A stretch of 64,000 bases of DNA from Trichosphaerium sp. ATCC 40318 (taxonomy: Eukaryota; Protista; Tubulinea): assembly GCA_038496445.1 (NCBI GenBank), contig JALMLS010000288.1, forward strand, positions 1 through 64,000. The letters run 5' to 3'. This document shows positions 24,467-39,182 of the stretch, piece after piece. How positions within the stretch are numbered: the first letter of the stretch is position 1; each line of letters opens with the position of its first letter. A model generated the notes under the pieces. The model was not told the DNA's origin. It saw nothing but the letters and a program-made list of their open reading frames with translations, and ran no database searches. Position numbers and translations under genes: made by a program.

Positions 24467-26352
24467 CTATGTTACATGCAACATTGTGCAATTGTTTGAG
24501 GCCGTCATCATACCTTGTTGCCTTCCTTTAGCTTCTGCGAGGTAGTGTGGTGTGTTTACAGCCTGATTGTTGGTACTTCGGTTAATAATATTGACGAGGG
24601 TAGTTGCTGTGCCATCAAACCTAAACAAGTGTCAAAAAAAACAACATAAAAACAAGACGTACCAATACGGAACTGTGATCAATGTTATACCGAACTGTTT
24701 ACAAAGTGCAAACTTTTCCTCATCACGGAGCTTATGTGCAGCACTGGGGGACGCATGTGGTAACACATCATGGTAATGTTGCTCGCCTACAGATGTTATC
24801 CTAATGCCTGGTGGTTCCGTTCCACTTTACCTTGGTATTCTATGGCAATGTTGTGTTCTGGGACATACATGTCTATCACAACAGGTGCCCCGTTGGAGTC
24901 TCGTATCCCAACAGTATACTCCTCATATACTGTTGCACCTTTAAAGACTTCATTAACCAGCGTTGACAATAGCCTTGAGTATGTTTAATATAGTCTAAGA
25001 TTGGGCATTTGGTACCTCTGCGCTGATCTCTTAAACAGAGAATTGAAATTAGGGAGCTTCCACGCCACATTAGGATACAGAACGGACAAAGAAGACAGAA
25101 AATATCGAATAAAACCAGGGCCAGTAGTATCAGATAGTTGTTTCTGCGATATACGGTACCTAGACCCAAAAATTAGTATTAACATTTGATGTGAGTGGTT
25201 CTTGCCATGATGTCGGCTCAGTTATATTGAACTGGATCTCTAGACGTTTCAAGTATGTCAAGATATTCTCTTTGTTATCCCAAAAATGTTGTGGCGTTAA
25301 GGCACCTTGGCGGCTTGGACAAAGTGTAAGTGTTTCACAAACACATTTGGGAAATGACTTAGTGCGAGAAATACGTACTCTACTTTAAACATATGTGGTG
25401 CCCATGATTGTTCTGGATATATAGCACGCAACGCATTCAATAAAGAGTGGCCATACCTACTACCTTGTCATTGACAATCGCACATAATGGGTGCTATGTA
25501 CCTGTGCGTTATTCCTCCACTGAGGTCACATATCGTCTTAGTGGAGTGTTTGGCCCAATCCGACATGAGCTTTATATCAAGGTCAGTACCTATTTCGTCG
25601 AACTTTTCGCGTTGATTAGTGATAGAACTCCAAAAGCCATGAGGTGCATTTCTAAGCATATAGTAAGCTTACTGACAAGCCTTTATTACCTACTTGAAGT
25701 GCCACGGTCGCCAATTGTAGCGTGGAAATATAGTCATGAGTGCAGAAGATATTGAGCCTTTGTACCTTTTGTCCGAATATGTTAGTGGGACTCTACGCTC
25801 TAGTTTTTTTACGCACTGATTCATCAACACACTGCCCCCTCCTTTCGCATGTGCGTCCTCCCAAGTGATATCGTACCAATCATCCAACGTAGCAACTGAC
25901 AGAGATTCTCCTATTTTTTGAAATCTGGTGTGTTGGTGTTCCAGTAGATGCCAGTGTCCCATAGGAGCCCTTTCACGTCTGTCAGTTACAGCTACAACAC
26001 GTGTCTTACGCTTACATAAACCTATTTTCTACCCAGTCATAGCCGGGATAGGCTGCTTGAAGTAGAAGTACCAGACTGTTTTTGAACCTACAGATGATCC
26101 AAGTATTATTCATTGAGCACGTGCTTTGGTACTTACTGGCGCAAGATGATGCTCCCTCCTGCCTCTTCTATGTCTACTTGCTTCACCGCATACCAATCAG
26201 TGAGCGTGCGCACGTTTAGCGTGTGTGCGATGGTGGCTATGCGCTTCTGTTGCCATGAAAGCAACCTTCAACTGTCAGCGCTGTATGAGGTTCTAGTCGC
26301 ACCTTGCTTCGCTTTTAACGCGTGATGCTGCGTATTGGGCTGCTTTGTTCAT
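24467..26352 (-). CDS. Paralog of 916-3731: 4 W/Y repeats plus a PD-(D/E)XK-like domain
   Basis: Repeat cores TDWY, DDWY, SDWA, TSWY. C-terminus KRSAQR...DSNGAPVVIDMYVPEHNIAIEYQGEQHY...RDEEKFALCKQFGITLITVPYW. Shares intron positions with the paralog. The start is uncertain. Confidence 0.85.
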
Positions 26353-26595
26353 GTTGGCTAAACTTTGTATGTCAGCGTGTTCTCGCGCTAATTACGCCAT
26401 GTGTGATGTAATAGCCACTATAAACTTCCGTTGATAGCGAAAGAGAACAAACACGCGTAAAATGTATTCCACACGCCAGCTAATGGCGTAGTATTCGATG
26501 AAGAAGCGGTTATACTTTAAATAATGATTAAGCCATACAAACCAATTTGTACAGCTTCAAAAAGTAGCATACAACATCACCTGCGCAACAATATC

Positions 26596-27746
26596 ATGGA
26601 ACCTAAAGAAGAAAGGCCATCACATGAGATACCAGAGCCAAAAACTGACAAAACCACCCAAGACTTGTACAACACGGGTTATCCGCCCATTAAAGTAGCT
26701 GGAACAACTGACACAATGCGAGTACTTTACAGAGGTTTAACAGTAGCAACATTGCTTTTGCATCGCGTAACGAACGGTCCTAGATGAGCATTGCATAATA
26801 GTATCAAAACCAGCGAATTATGCAGTACATAAGAGCGACATATTCGGGCGGCAAGAAGTTATCTTTGTTGCTGAGAATGTCTCTACCTACGTAGGCACCA
26901 AAGTACATCCGGTGCATCGTCTTGATAGGTACCACTGCGCACGTGAGACTTTGAATTAATTGTGGCCTCTAGACCCACGTCAGGTAAGCGTAAATCTTTG
27001 TGTCACAGAAATGAGCATTTGACTCTCATCAAGGTATCCTTCTGTTTGCTCTGTCTAGCCTGGCTGCTGCCAAATTCCAGGTAGTGATACAAGACAAGGA
27101 AAATACGATTAAAGAGTACCTTGCGTTGGTTCGTGGGACTTCACCGCCAAGCTGGTGCGTCAATTTCTGTTTCAAGTAGAAATGCATGCTTAAAAAAAAC
27201 TTGAAGGATAGATACACAGCCCCTCACAAAGCGCAAGGCAGGACGCATGTCAAAAGCAGACAAGAAGAAACCGGCTGTCATCCAAGAAGCAGAAACTAGA
27301 TTTGTTACATTAGCCTCTTTCTATCGCCTGTCACTTGTCAAGGTTTGTCTTTTGAGCATATCGTTATAATGTGGTATTGTTAACAGACATTATTGCTGTG
27401 TAGGCGAGAATAATTACAGGACGTAGACATCAAATAAGGAGACACCTGCACAAGTCCGCCCGACAAATAATAGGAGACACCATGTATGGTATGCCAACCC
27501 TCCCATTGCTAGGGTATTTCTTGTATTGTGTTTGACACTTGCCCATCTTTAGGAAAGGGTAGAATCAACAAGTTTTTTAAAGAGACGCACAATCTACACA
27601 GACTGTTTCTTCACGCAACACGTTTTGAATTCGTGCATCCCTTTGAAGGAAAAAAAGTGATAATCAATGATCCCTTGCCGCCAGAACTACGCACCTTTTT
27701 ATTGGGCTTGCCGGAGATTGACAAGGCATTAGTTGCAACATTGTGA
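26596..27746 (+). CDS. RluA/TruC-family pseudouridine synthase
   Basis: VHRLDRPTSGILLFA (catalytic Asp), KEYLALVRG, TGRRHQIRRHL, IIGDTMYG, RLFLHA. Confidence 0.92.
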
Positions 27747-27886
27747 TACTTGTAGTAAATTTATCGTGTCGCATGTCATTTTTCGTAATTGTTTCTTCAT
27801 CATCTTCACTGACCCGAAATTTCGGTACCTTTTCGTTTGTTTTTTGAAACTGTGAGTGTGAGAGGTTCTGATCATTCATACAAAAC

Positions 27887-30800
27887 ATGGAAAAAGCTCA
27901 ACAATCTCCAGACGTAGAATCGGGCCAAACAAAGGCAAGAATAAAACAACGCAACGTCTTGTATCTCAAAATTTATAGGCGCAAAAACTCCAAGACCAAG
28001 CCAACGAGTTCTTCATTGACCAAGAGGGAGAAGATGCCGTAACTGAATTGGTTGAAGGCAATTTGTCTAGTTAAACGGCGGAATAGGCTTATTTTTGTCA
28101 TAGGCAAGTACTTGGAAGGTCTACGCGACTGCGTGGGCAAGTTTGGGCTTGGAAACCACTCATTATTCGGTGGAACGTTTTCGTCCGTCGAGACCTTCAT
28201 CATTGAAGGTACGTAACCCATCTAGAAACTACGCAACTGTTGTGGCGTTGCAAGTTTCAAAAAAAAAAAGAAACACGCGTTTTGACGCTAAATATGACAG
28301 CTAAACTGACTTTGCTCGCGTTTTACAGGTGATTCTGTACTGGCGTTTGTTCTACTCGATCAAAAGTTATCTGGTGGAGAATTCCTGCACGCCGTTTACC
28401 TATACGAGCGCTTCTTGGTAAATTTGTCGGAATGCTCGCCTAAATTTAAAATATTGTTTTTGCGATCCAATCGCGGGATTTGGGCGCATAACCCAGAGTT
28501 GTTGGTTTTGCGCGACATGCTCGTTAGGTATGTACCAACAAAAAACAAAACTTGACAGTTAACACATGTCACGCGTCAAAATCTGGCACGTGCACTAAGA
28601 CATTGTAACTGAATTAAATGTTAGACACTTGAAAGAGAACACCGAATTCGTAGTGGAAGAACTCGATATGGATTGGTCTTCAGACGAATTCGCAGGACGT
28701 ATCAGGATTGAGAGACCATCCTTCGTTTTATGTTCAAATGGCGCTACAAAGGAGATGCTCACCCTCATGTCTGCTGAACATGCTGCTATATTCCAAGCGT
28801 TCCTTGTTGTGCGTACCCCAAGTCCACGTTCCATAACCCTACTGCTTGTGTGCTGACTCTACCCACCAGCGATGCGTGTCATTGAACCAAAATGTGGTAT
28901 GTACAGAAGAAATGGAATTCCATGGCGGAAGAGCTTGGGGTTGGATTATTTACTGGACAGCTGGTAAAGGAAGCAAAGCTCGCGCCACTGAAAAGGCAGT
29001 TGTACGTGCCATGCTCATTGACTGTTCGCAGTTCATTCTTTTGTGTGACTACTACAATCTTTCAAAATACTTACTCCTAGTCAAGACATTTGTATGCGAT
29101 ACCATACTCAAGCCGGCAAATGAAGAGTTGAAACAAGAGATAGCCGCTATCGAGGGTACTAAAACTCGCTTTGTTGTTTATGTGTAAATATTGACATTTT
29201 TTTCGAATTCAGATAAACCAAACGTGTTTGTACACGCACTCGGCCTTGCGCTCAAGGAATGTGGTGGCAAACCGGAATTTGGCAATTGGAGAGACTTGGC
29301 AAAAATATTCTTGATTCACCAGGACTTGCTAGAAACGCTGCACATTAAAGCTAGGGTACCTATTTTAAAATTGTTACCTTTCTTCTTTTGTTATTGCGCT
29401 AACGTTATGTTGTAGGCGTTTGCAATGTTACCAATAACTTCATCTGCCTCAAAACAAACCGCAGCGTTTACCAAACGCGTATTCCATTATGTTGCTGCTC
29501 TATGTTACACAGTATGTCAAACGCATTGCAACCCCTTTTGTTCAACCTCAACAACCTAACTTGATTTCAGGACAATGTTGAATTTCCTTCGCATGTCTGT
29601 GATTGCTATTCAAACCGTCTATTTGAACAACTAGTGCGTTACTTATCCTTAAACGATGGCACAGGTGAGAGATTGCTTTTCTTTCTATACACGATTTAGT
29701 AACGCTCACATTTTCTCGTGGCAGATATTGACAACCGCCAAAACACCTTGGAAACTCTCGGTGTGGCTGAAACCACTGTTGATAAACTTGAGTCCTCGTG
29801 GGCCGTCATCTCCAAAATAGCAGGGACCACTGACGCGTTATACCCACTTCTTGAAATAAGAGATGGAGAACTAGACGAACAAGAACTTCAAAAACGAATT
29901 GGTTTGAATGCAGGTACTACTATCTTTTAGAGCGCTTGTCATGTTTTCAGGGTCTAACGTCTTTCGCCTATCTATAGAGAAAAAGAAAGAAGTGATGCCT
30001 TTCTCGTCTCCTTTGGGCAAACTTATCCTTGGTGCTGATCAACTACCAACTCTCGACAGTACTACACACGCCTTCTCGTTGATTAAATGCTAACTTGTCA
30101 TTTTAGAAAACGATGATGCTGTAAAGAGCTCCCAAGATTCCAAAAAATACTTTGAGTCAGTATACAAGTGGCACCAAGTAGCTCCTCTCAGACAAGGTAA
30201 GTTAACGCACAACAAAAACCAGTTTATCAAAAAAAAAGTTTGTGCACGTGGATTAAGATAGCGTGTTTTAGATTTGGCTTTGAAGAAGGATAAACGTAAA
30301 ACAAAGACAAATCTCACAAAGTGGGAGAAGAAACGCATTCAAAAGAGCAAAAACAACTTGCAGAAGCACATGTTCCGTTACGCCGAATCCCTCAAAGGAT
30401 CCCGTATGTTTATTTTAAAATTGAATAATTATATTATTTTTGATTGTAATGTACGGTCATTTAGATCTGGAGCGTATGGATATTCAACACGTTGGACAGA
30501 TCAAGGAATTGTCGAAAAAGGACAAGATCAAGAGGGACAAAGAGCTCAAGAGAGAGGAACAAAAGAACAAGCGTAAAGCACAAATCAATAAATCGCGAAA
30601 ACAAAATAAGGGCAACATGAGCAAAGCTGATAAGCTAAAACATGAAAACGCACTTCGCTTGCAAAAACAAGATAAAGAAGACACCGACTTGAGGGTCAGT
30701 TTGTCCACAACTAATGTACACTGTGCTAACCATGATTGTAGTGGAAGAACATCTCTAAATTGCTTCGTAACTCCTCATTCAAAGATGCAATTGCAGAGAT

Positions 30801-33800
30801 ACAAAGAAACGTAGACGACAGAGAGCAGAAGGTACAAACCCACGTTTACAAAAAGGAGTTGCTAATCTTTATTTTCTTCCTATAGCATGAAGTAAAAAAG
30901 CGTGCATTGCTTTATAGAATGGACCTCCTTATGAAGGAGTACAAGGCAGATCCTAGCCTTATACTTCGTATCGAGATTTTCCGTACCATTCACCATCTAT
31001 ACGATGGCTATAGCCCTGATCAAAGTCTTGTTGTCGAGGTACTTTCTTGGACCGGCTAAAAAACCAAACTTGTTCCCCAATGTTTCTTTGTCTGTAACGA
31101 CACGTTGATTGACGCATTTTGTTAGGCTCTAGAACTCATTGGATTCCCTGATACTGCCAAGAAAGTAAGAGGCAGCAAGAAAGTGTCTCCAGAAAAGGAA
31201 TCTATCGAATTTCAATTGGAACACATGCAAAAAGACATGTCGAGAAGCAGTGGCACAGAAACCGCTGATCCTCGTGTCAAAATGTTCAAACTCGAAGCTT
31301 GGCAAGTCAAGTTGATCGATGCAGTTGACGCCAATGGTACACCTCACTAAATCGCGTTTCTTCATTTCTGATTTCGCATCCACAGAGAGCGCACTTGTAG
31401 TCGCACCAACTTCTTCTGGTAAAACATTCATCAGTTACTACTGTATGGAAAAAACACTTCGCGAGAGCGACGATGGCGTAGTCGTGTACATATCCCCATC
31501 AAAGGTACGCAAAACAGTTTGTGCCATAAACATGTCAGATTGTGTCGTAATTAACTAATGTCATGGTTTTTAGGCTTTAGTCAATCAAGTCGCCGCCTCA
31601 GTCATTGGTGCCTTCAACAAGAGTTACAGCAACTCCACCACACGAAGTGTGTATGGTTACTTTACGCACGATTACTGCTTCCCTGAAGAAGACCCTCTGA
31701 AATGTCAAGTGCTTGTAACAGTTCCAGAGATATTTGAAATGCTCTTGTTGTCACCTTCAAATCGCGATTGGGTCAAGAGGATCAAATGGGTGGTATTCGA
31801 TGAAGTCCATCAAATATCTAATGTGGGTATTGGTGCATATTGGGAGCGCCTATTGGTAATGAGCAAAGCGCCATTCCTTGCACTTTCTGCCACTGTAGGA
31901 AACTTCCAAAAGTTTCACAGGTAACATATTTATCACAAATCATTTGTGACCATTCTGACTCCCTATTTTAGTTGGATGGAAGGCGTTCAAAAGAAACTAG
32001 CTGAGCAATATCCAGATGAGAAGACACAAAGCATAGACGAGTTCAAAGGACAAAGATTTGCAGTGCACACCAAGCGTAATTTCAAAGGTACCGATTTTTT
32101 TATTTTGTTGACTGAATGCTACCTTTGCAACTACTGACATTTGTCATAGTCCATCTCATACAACACAATGTGCGATACTCTGATTTAAGGAAGCAATTCT
32201 ACATGCCACCAAAATCAGCATTGTTGCAACGCAGCTGTGCGCCAGTTAGCGACATCTACAACCCAAAAGAGGGAGAGGTTGGGTACACACTCTCCACAAT
32301 GATCCTGCTTTAGACTAACGTGTCTTGTGTTTCTGTAGTACAATCAAGTTTGTTCATCCAGTCCATTGCATCACCTTAGAAATGTTGCAAGAGCGTGGTT
32401 TCCCAGCAGGTGCGCAATATAGTGAGTGTAGATTACAGGTTAGCTAAATCTTGGATAGACATGATCTTGGAACCGTTTGATTGCTTTTTAATGCACAAGG
32501 CTATGGTATCCGCCGCTGCAAAATTCAATGATGGTAATAATAATCACAACGAAATTACACGTGTATTATTAGACCTAACTCTTTGCCTAGAATCCGCAAA
32601 GGCTGCCACTGCCAAATTGGACGCCGTTCTGTTCTTTAAAGATGAACCTGTAGTCACCAGACAGAAGTCAAGAGAATACGAATCCCTACTCAAAACAGTA
32701 CGAGAAAAAGCCAATCCTATAAACGTAGTTTTTGGTTAACCCATGTACAGCTATTGATGGAGTGGGTTGGCGCCTCCAAGACTGATCTGGTACAACATGT
32801 ACTTGCAGAGCTCAAGGTAGAGGGCCTACCTAACCCTGATGATGATGTAACTCGCCCTGTGGACGACTGCTATTCTCCATCTTACTTGGGCACTCATCTC
32901 CTCGGCTTGCTTTCCAACTTGGCAATGCAAGATAAAATGCCGTGCATAGTATTTTCTTTGGATAGAGGCATCGTCAATGCCCTCATGTCTTCAATTGTAC
33001 GTTTGAATTGCCACGCTTATTTTATTATTATTTGCGACTGACTCAAAGCACACAGGTTACTACCCTTGTGGCCAGTCAAGAAGCGTACCAAAACACTGAA
33101 GAGTACAAGAAATTGAAGAGAGGAAACGAGAAAAAGCTAAAGGCTCAATCTAAACAGCAACGCAAAGCAGAAAGCAATTCTACAACAAAAGAAGAGAAAG
33201 AAGCCGGTCAAGTAAGCACAGAATTTTATTCACCTTCTTGGTTGGATTATTAAAGGTTTTGTACTGACAACCTGCACCCACAGAGCGAGACTATTGATGT
33301 AGTTGAGGAACTTCCAGAGATTGAACTTGCCTTCTCATTCCTCGATATGCAGAGCAACCTTGTAATCGATTGGCGTCTAGAGAGGGTACTTGAAAGAGAT
33401 CCTAATGGTCCTCTCCTACTTGAGTACGCACATTACTGATCATCCATTCCACGTCACATCGCTCACTCACCAAATTAGGGGATTAAAACGTGGTATTGGT
33501 ATGCATCACGCTGGTTTGCCACTCGCCTACCGTCGCGCTGTAGAGCAACTGTTTAGACAAAAGGTACATCCATTTTTATTCTTTTGTACGCTGTTTGTTG
33601 TACTAATAAGGCAATAGCAATTGCGTGTCGTCATAAGTACTGCAACACTTGCTTTGGGTATTCACATGCCGTGCCGTAGTGTGGTATTCGCTGGTTCTAA
33701 CTTGTGGCTTCATCCTCTCAGTTATCGCCAAATGGCAGGTCGTGCTGGCCGTCGTGGTTTCGATCGTACGTTATACCAAAATGCCGCCCTTGATTTTCTT

Positions 33801-35461
33801 CCACTTACTGTGCTTACTCTGTGTTAGCTGTCGGAAATGTTGTTTTCTTTGGCGTTTCAGACACAAAGATGAAACATTTAATGTCAAGTCGCCTTCCTAG
33901 TTTGACTACTGAGTTCCCAGGTACTGTCATAATGTTATCTATAAATCACTTACTCACCGGGGTGTAGTGAGCTTCTCAACGATTCTACGTTGCCTTCTAT
34001 TGTACGCAGGCAGCAAAACCGATCAAGAGAAGAGCGATGCCTCAAAGGCCATTGAGCGATTGTTTACAGTTCCTCTATACAATCACCAAAAGAGCCTAGC
34101 ATACACTGAACACGTACGAAAACTATTTCAGTGCAAGTTAGTTGATTTGAACGCTCACAATTTTTGTTTATAGTTGAGACATCACTTCAGGCTAGCTGTC
34201 GAATACTTTGTGAGCAACGGATACATGAACATTGATGGCAAACTTCGTCCACCAACAGCCCTTGCAGCGCACTTGTACTTTCAAGAACCTAGCAACTTTA
34301 TCTTTGTGGATTTGGTCCAACAAGGTGTCTTCCACGCCATCGCCACTGATCCTGAGTTGAACAAAGCTGGAAAGTTCCTAAAGATGCTCGTACGTGCCCT
34401 TCGCTCTCCTTATTTGTTGATCATCATCATACTCAACTCTCTCCATGTAGAATGTATTGGCACACTTGTTTACACAAACACGTATACCTAGCTGGTATAC
34501 AGACGAACAAGTGACTCCACGCCTTGGCTCTAAAATTGTGCTCGATGTACGACCATACTGAATGCTTTATGTCAATATTTATCATCCCTTTTTTTAGCCT
34601 CTTCCTCAAGAATTTGTTGACGCAATCGAAGCCCATAACGAACGTACACTATCCACTCTAAGTCTTTACTTGCGTGCCTACGCCTCTGAAGTAGAAAAGC
34701 GTGAGCCTGATGTGTTCTTGCCTGCATCTCGGTACCACAATTAAAACATGTGCTGAGCACTAGCGTATTAACATTGTTCGTAGCCTTGAGTTCCCAGGCA
34801 AAGAGGAAGACAAGCCTAGTGAGACATTCGTAGGTACCCTCAAGTCGTTACGTATCCCTATCACAGCCCGTTCTGCGTTTGTTGCTGTATCTGGCCATGA
34901 TGACGAATTTGATTCCAAGACCGACTTTTACAATGTCAGAGAAAGTGCGTCCATCTCCTTGAACTCTCTTTCAAACGGTTAAAAACTTACATTGGATCAT
35001 AGGCATTGCCCTAAATGTTAAGAACATTCCATTGAAGCACTTTAATGAACATGACAGATTCAATGCCTGGGCTGTAGACTTCTGGCGTCATGGTACGTTG
35101 CTTGTTGCGAATTAAAAAATATGTTCGCCAACTGTACTAAACTATTAATTACAGGTGACCACAAGGTCCTTGTGCGCGCTAATAAGATTGGTGGTGGTAA
35201 CTATTGGGACTACCTCAAGAGCTTCTGTTTGGTCATTCAGGTACTTATATACACATTCACCACTTTCAACATTAGCGTTAACGGTACACCGTGTAGTCCA
35301 TCAGAGTTGGATTGGAACAAATGCAAGACCAAAAGGAGATTGAAGCGCAACAAGCCTTAGTAGCAGCTGAAGAGAGCTACCAAGCATCTGACCCTCTTGT
35401 AAATTTGATGTTGCAGCTCAGCGACGAGTACAGAAAGAAGTTCACGAGCATCTATGCTTAA
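27887..35461 (+). CDS. DDX60: DDX60-like Ski2-family DEVH-box RNA helicase
   Basis: N-terminal [22 protein letters not shown], then [78 protein letters not shown]. Confidence 0.9.
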
Positions 35462-35588
35462 ATATTTGCAATCCAATCAAAAAAAAAAATATACAAACAT
35501 CAAAAATACACGGAGCGTATTGTACAACACACGATTTTTTTGCTTAATTTTAAATACTATCGCACATTTTTTTTCTACGTTACATTTT

Positions 35589-38500
35589 TTAACTAGCGTA
35601 TTTGTCAAGTTCAAATAAGTTTGTCAAGTCCTTCACAACTGTGATCAATTGACTCGCCGAGCTTGCTCCTGAACAATTATTTAATATGTTGCTAGTCGTA
35701 TTTGCACGTGTACCTATGGCTAAGCCAAACGAACGTGGAATAATGAGCATTCCTACCTCCCCTGAATTGGCACATTTAAACGGAATCCGCATCTAACAAA
35801 AACATCAATACTTATCACGTGAAAAATGAGTTCGTGCCTTGAAGTGATGTTGCATTTCGTCCATCATTAGTTGTAGTACCTTGTCGATAATGTTCGGAGC
35901 AACTAAAGGCGTACTCGAATCACTTAAACCTTCACGTTAGCCAACACGTGAAAGCAGGTTCTAACAATTGGGTACCTTCGCGCTGGCGATCGTCCCTGAT
36001 TTGCAAGTGTAGATGCGATGATGCTGAGCGACTGTAACCTCACTTAGCACGTGACACGCTATACTTATTTGTTTACCTTTAACTGCATCTTAATAGAGTG
36101 CAACTGGAAATAGTAATCCATCAAAGCCAGTTTAGAATCACTAGGATCTGATGCCTCGCTAGGCACTTCTTTTCCTAGTCTGGCCTACGTCGATTAAAAT
36201 AAACATTAAACATTCACACAAGTGGTAATATTTACCATCAAATGTCGAATATGATTGTGATTAGATCTGTCTCTGTTCTTTAAATATCTTGCCCTATTTC
36301 AGATTAAGTTGGCTGAACTGTACATCAGTTTGTATACGTACATATCGCAAAATATAGCGCCATCGTTTGGGCCTCCTCCTCCAGCTTACAGTAAGTAAGG
36401 ATTATAACAACCAACAGTAATACGTACCTGCCATCGATGTAAGTGTTCCAAGAATTTGTTCTATCCTCTTAAACGCAGGGAGAGATGCATCAAATCCAAC
36501 CTTTGATAGAATGCCAAGTGTAACCAAATCGTGGTTATTCTAAGATGTTGCAATTTAGTACGTTGCTTACAACTTATCTTTAGTATGACATGCCTTAGAT
36601 CGTGAATCCTTGAATTTATCCATCATTTTAGTAACCCTTTCTGGGTTAGTCTTCTTCTGCACGTCGTTCAACTGCAAACATATAGCCAAAGGCTGTATCA
36701 GTTCTCCTGCTACTCTGTACACATCACTTCCTTTGCCTGTATATTATATCAACAACATGCTTTGCCTACAAGCCGTACCAATGACACTTCCTTCGGTTGT
36801 TGAGATTGAAAAGACAAGATCTGGATGTTTCCCTTGCCGACATAGATTCTCCAGATGACGAAACACCTTATCAGGCAAGTCTGATGGCACTCTCATCTTA
36901 GGTACGTCATCCTCTGTAAAACTGAGATCCCAGTAGCTATCGACACGTCGAGGCAATGGCTTGGTCATACTTTTTGAATGTAGGATTCTTCCATTATTGC
37001 CGTTTGGATGTGTTTCTTTGAGAGCAAACAGCGATTTTGATTGGCGAGGACGTGTCCCTGGAGCATGACGAATGCGTGTTGGTGATTGGCGCGGTGGTGT
37101 TGGAGATCTAAGGGTTGTTTCACGAGGTCTCGTCTTTGGAGAACGTCCTCTTCTTTCATTGCGAGGTGATTTCGATGACTTTAAATTCAACCTAATTTTT
37201 CCACCTTTGTTTTCATTCCACTGCTGCCATTTTTTCACAATCTAACCCTAGTCACACATTCACTCTGTATAGGAAGGTTTGGCATACCTGTTTGAGACAT
37301 GCCGGCTTCTTCTTAGAGTGTAGTTTTATGAGCTTGTGGCTCAACAGTTGTTGGGCTGTAGGTCTCTATGTAAGCACCCTTTTAGTATTGCGAGCCAAAT
37401 GACGAGACACTTACCAACCCAGCATCTTTTTGAAGACAAGAATGAATAAAATCAATGAGGACTTTGGAGTGAGTACCCTCAGGAAACCTCTAAAGATACA
37501 AATCAAAAAAATCAAATAAAAAAAAATAGCACAATTGTACGGGAGGTGGTCCATATTGAATCTTTTGTAATAGTGTGGCGTGAGGTGTACCAGCATAAGG
37601 AGGTTTTCTATTTGCACATTCGTACTTGACATAAATGAGTTAATCCTGTATTCGTACTTTTGGTCATGAACCATAATTTTTTAATGAAAAACAAAGAAAC
37701 GCACTGCAGTTATTCCAAGAGCCTATTGTCATTTTTAGCTTTAGACATAAACTAGAAATAAAGTTACATACCCATATGTCAGTTTCCATACCATAACCGC
37801 CCGTACCAATGAGCTCAGGGCTCATCCTATCAACACGTCAGAAAATTTGATAGCTCTAGAATTACCGTACCAGTAAGGCGTCCCCACAAGTGTGAACCGA
37901 CGCTTACCAGGCTCAACAGCGCATGAGAAGCTAAAGTCACATAATTTAACGACGCCTCCAAAGGATACAAGAATATTTGCAGCTATGTTAAAAACAGACA
38001 TTAACCACAAATTTGAATGGTGACTAAAGAAAACCTTTAATATCTCTGTGCATGTATCCCTTGCTGTGAAGATAATGAAGTCCATTGAGAGTCTAAAAGT
38101 CGTTAGTTTATTTAAAAAAGAGCTGAGATTTGTACTTGACGTAGTATAACTGATATTGCTGCATCTGGGAGGTGTTGTGGCTTGATAATCTCAAACAAGT
38201 TTGCCCCTGACACATATTCCTTAAAAAGATATTAAACATGGTAAAACTGGTGTCTACGATACGGTACCATGCTAATGATAAGTCTTGTATCTACAATCTT
38301 TGTTCCAAAGTAGCCGCAAATATTCTCATGCATCATAGCCGCTAGAGAAAGCACCTCATTCTTTGTACAAGGTCAAACAAGTCCCTTGCGTATTTGTTTT
38401 CCGAAAAAAATTTGCACCTGTACTGTTTCAAGCGGTAATTGAACCAAATCCTAGATATCACGTGATAGTTAGTCTCAAAACAAGTAATAAGTTCATTTTA

Positions 38501-38768
38501 CCATGTTTATCACTTTAATCGCAACATCGCCCTCTGCGCCTCGCTCTTGCCTGGAGAATGTTATTGTTATCGATATAAATTCAAATGAGTGGCCTTACGC
38601 TCGATACACGTGACCAAACGAGCCCCTAGCATAAATTAGCTCAGTGTCGAGAAACCAACGTGTCACTAGGTCAAACGACACGTACTTGCCCAGTAGTTCT
38701 GCTATATCGTAGTAGCGCAGAATTGGATCATTAGCGCTTATGATCTCTTTATCCTTAGATGCAGCCAT
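35589..38768 (-). CDS. STE20-like Ser/Thr kinase with a long C-terminal extension
   Basis: GxGSFGHVYR, VAIKVI, HRDIKAANIL, KLCDFS, TLVGTPYW. Confidence 0.88.
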
Positions 38769-39182
38769 GATAACACTCACGAGTCGCTACTATCGAGGCC
38801 AGAATTTGAAAAAAAGCAACACATTTCAAGACTATCTTTTTTATTTTTTTGTGGAAATCACTCCCTCTAATTTGGTAATAATGCTCTGGAAGTATTCAAC
38901 ACATCTCCATTAAAAGGCGTGTTTAGAGATACCTTTGTAGCATTCAATTGTACTAACAACTCGACAATTTTCTTTTTGAATTTTTTTATTTTTTTTTTGT
39001 TTCCAAGACTTTGGGTTGGTCGCCAAAACTCGAAAAAACGAAAAGGGAACAAACATTAATCACCTCTTGTAGACCTCTATACAATCGCTGGTCACATGCG
39101 GACACGTTTCAGAGCATTTGCTGTTATAACAACAAGCAAGGCGCTCAAATCGTGTAAAATTGTTGTAACAGTTACTATGGAA

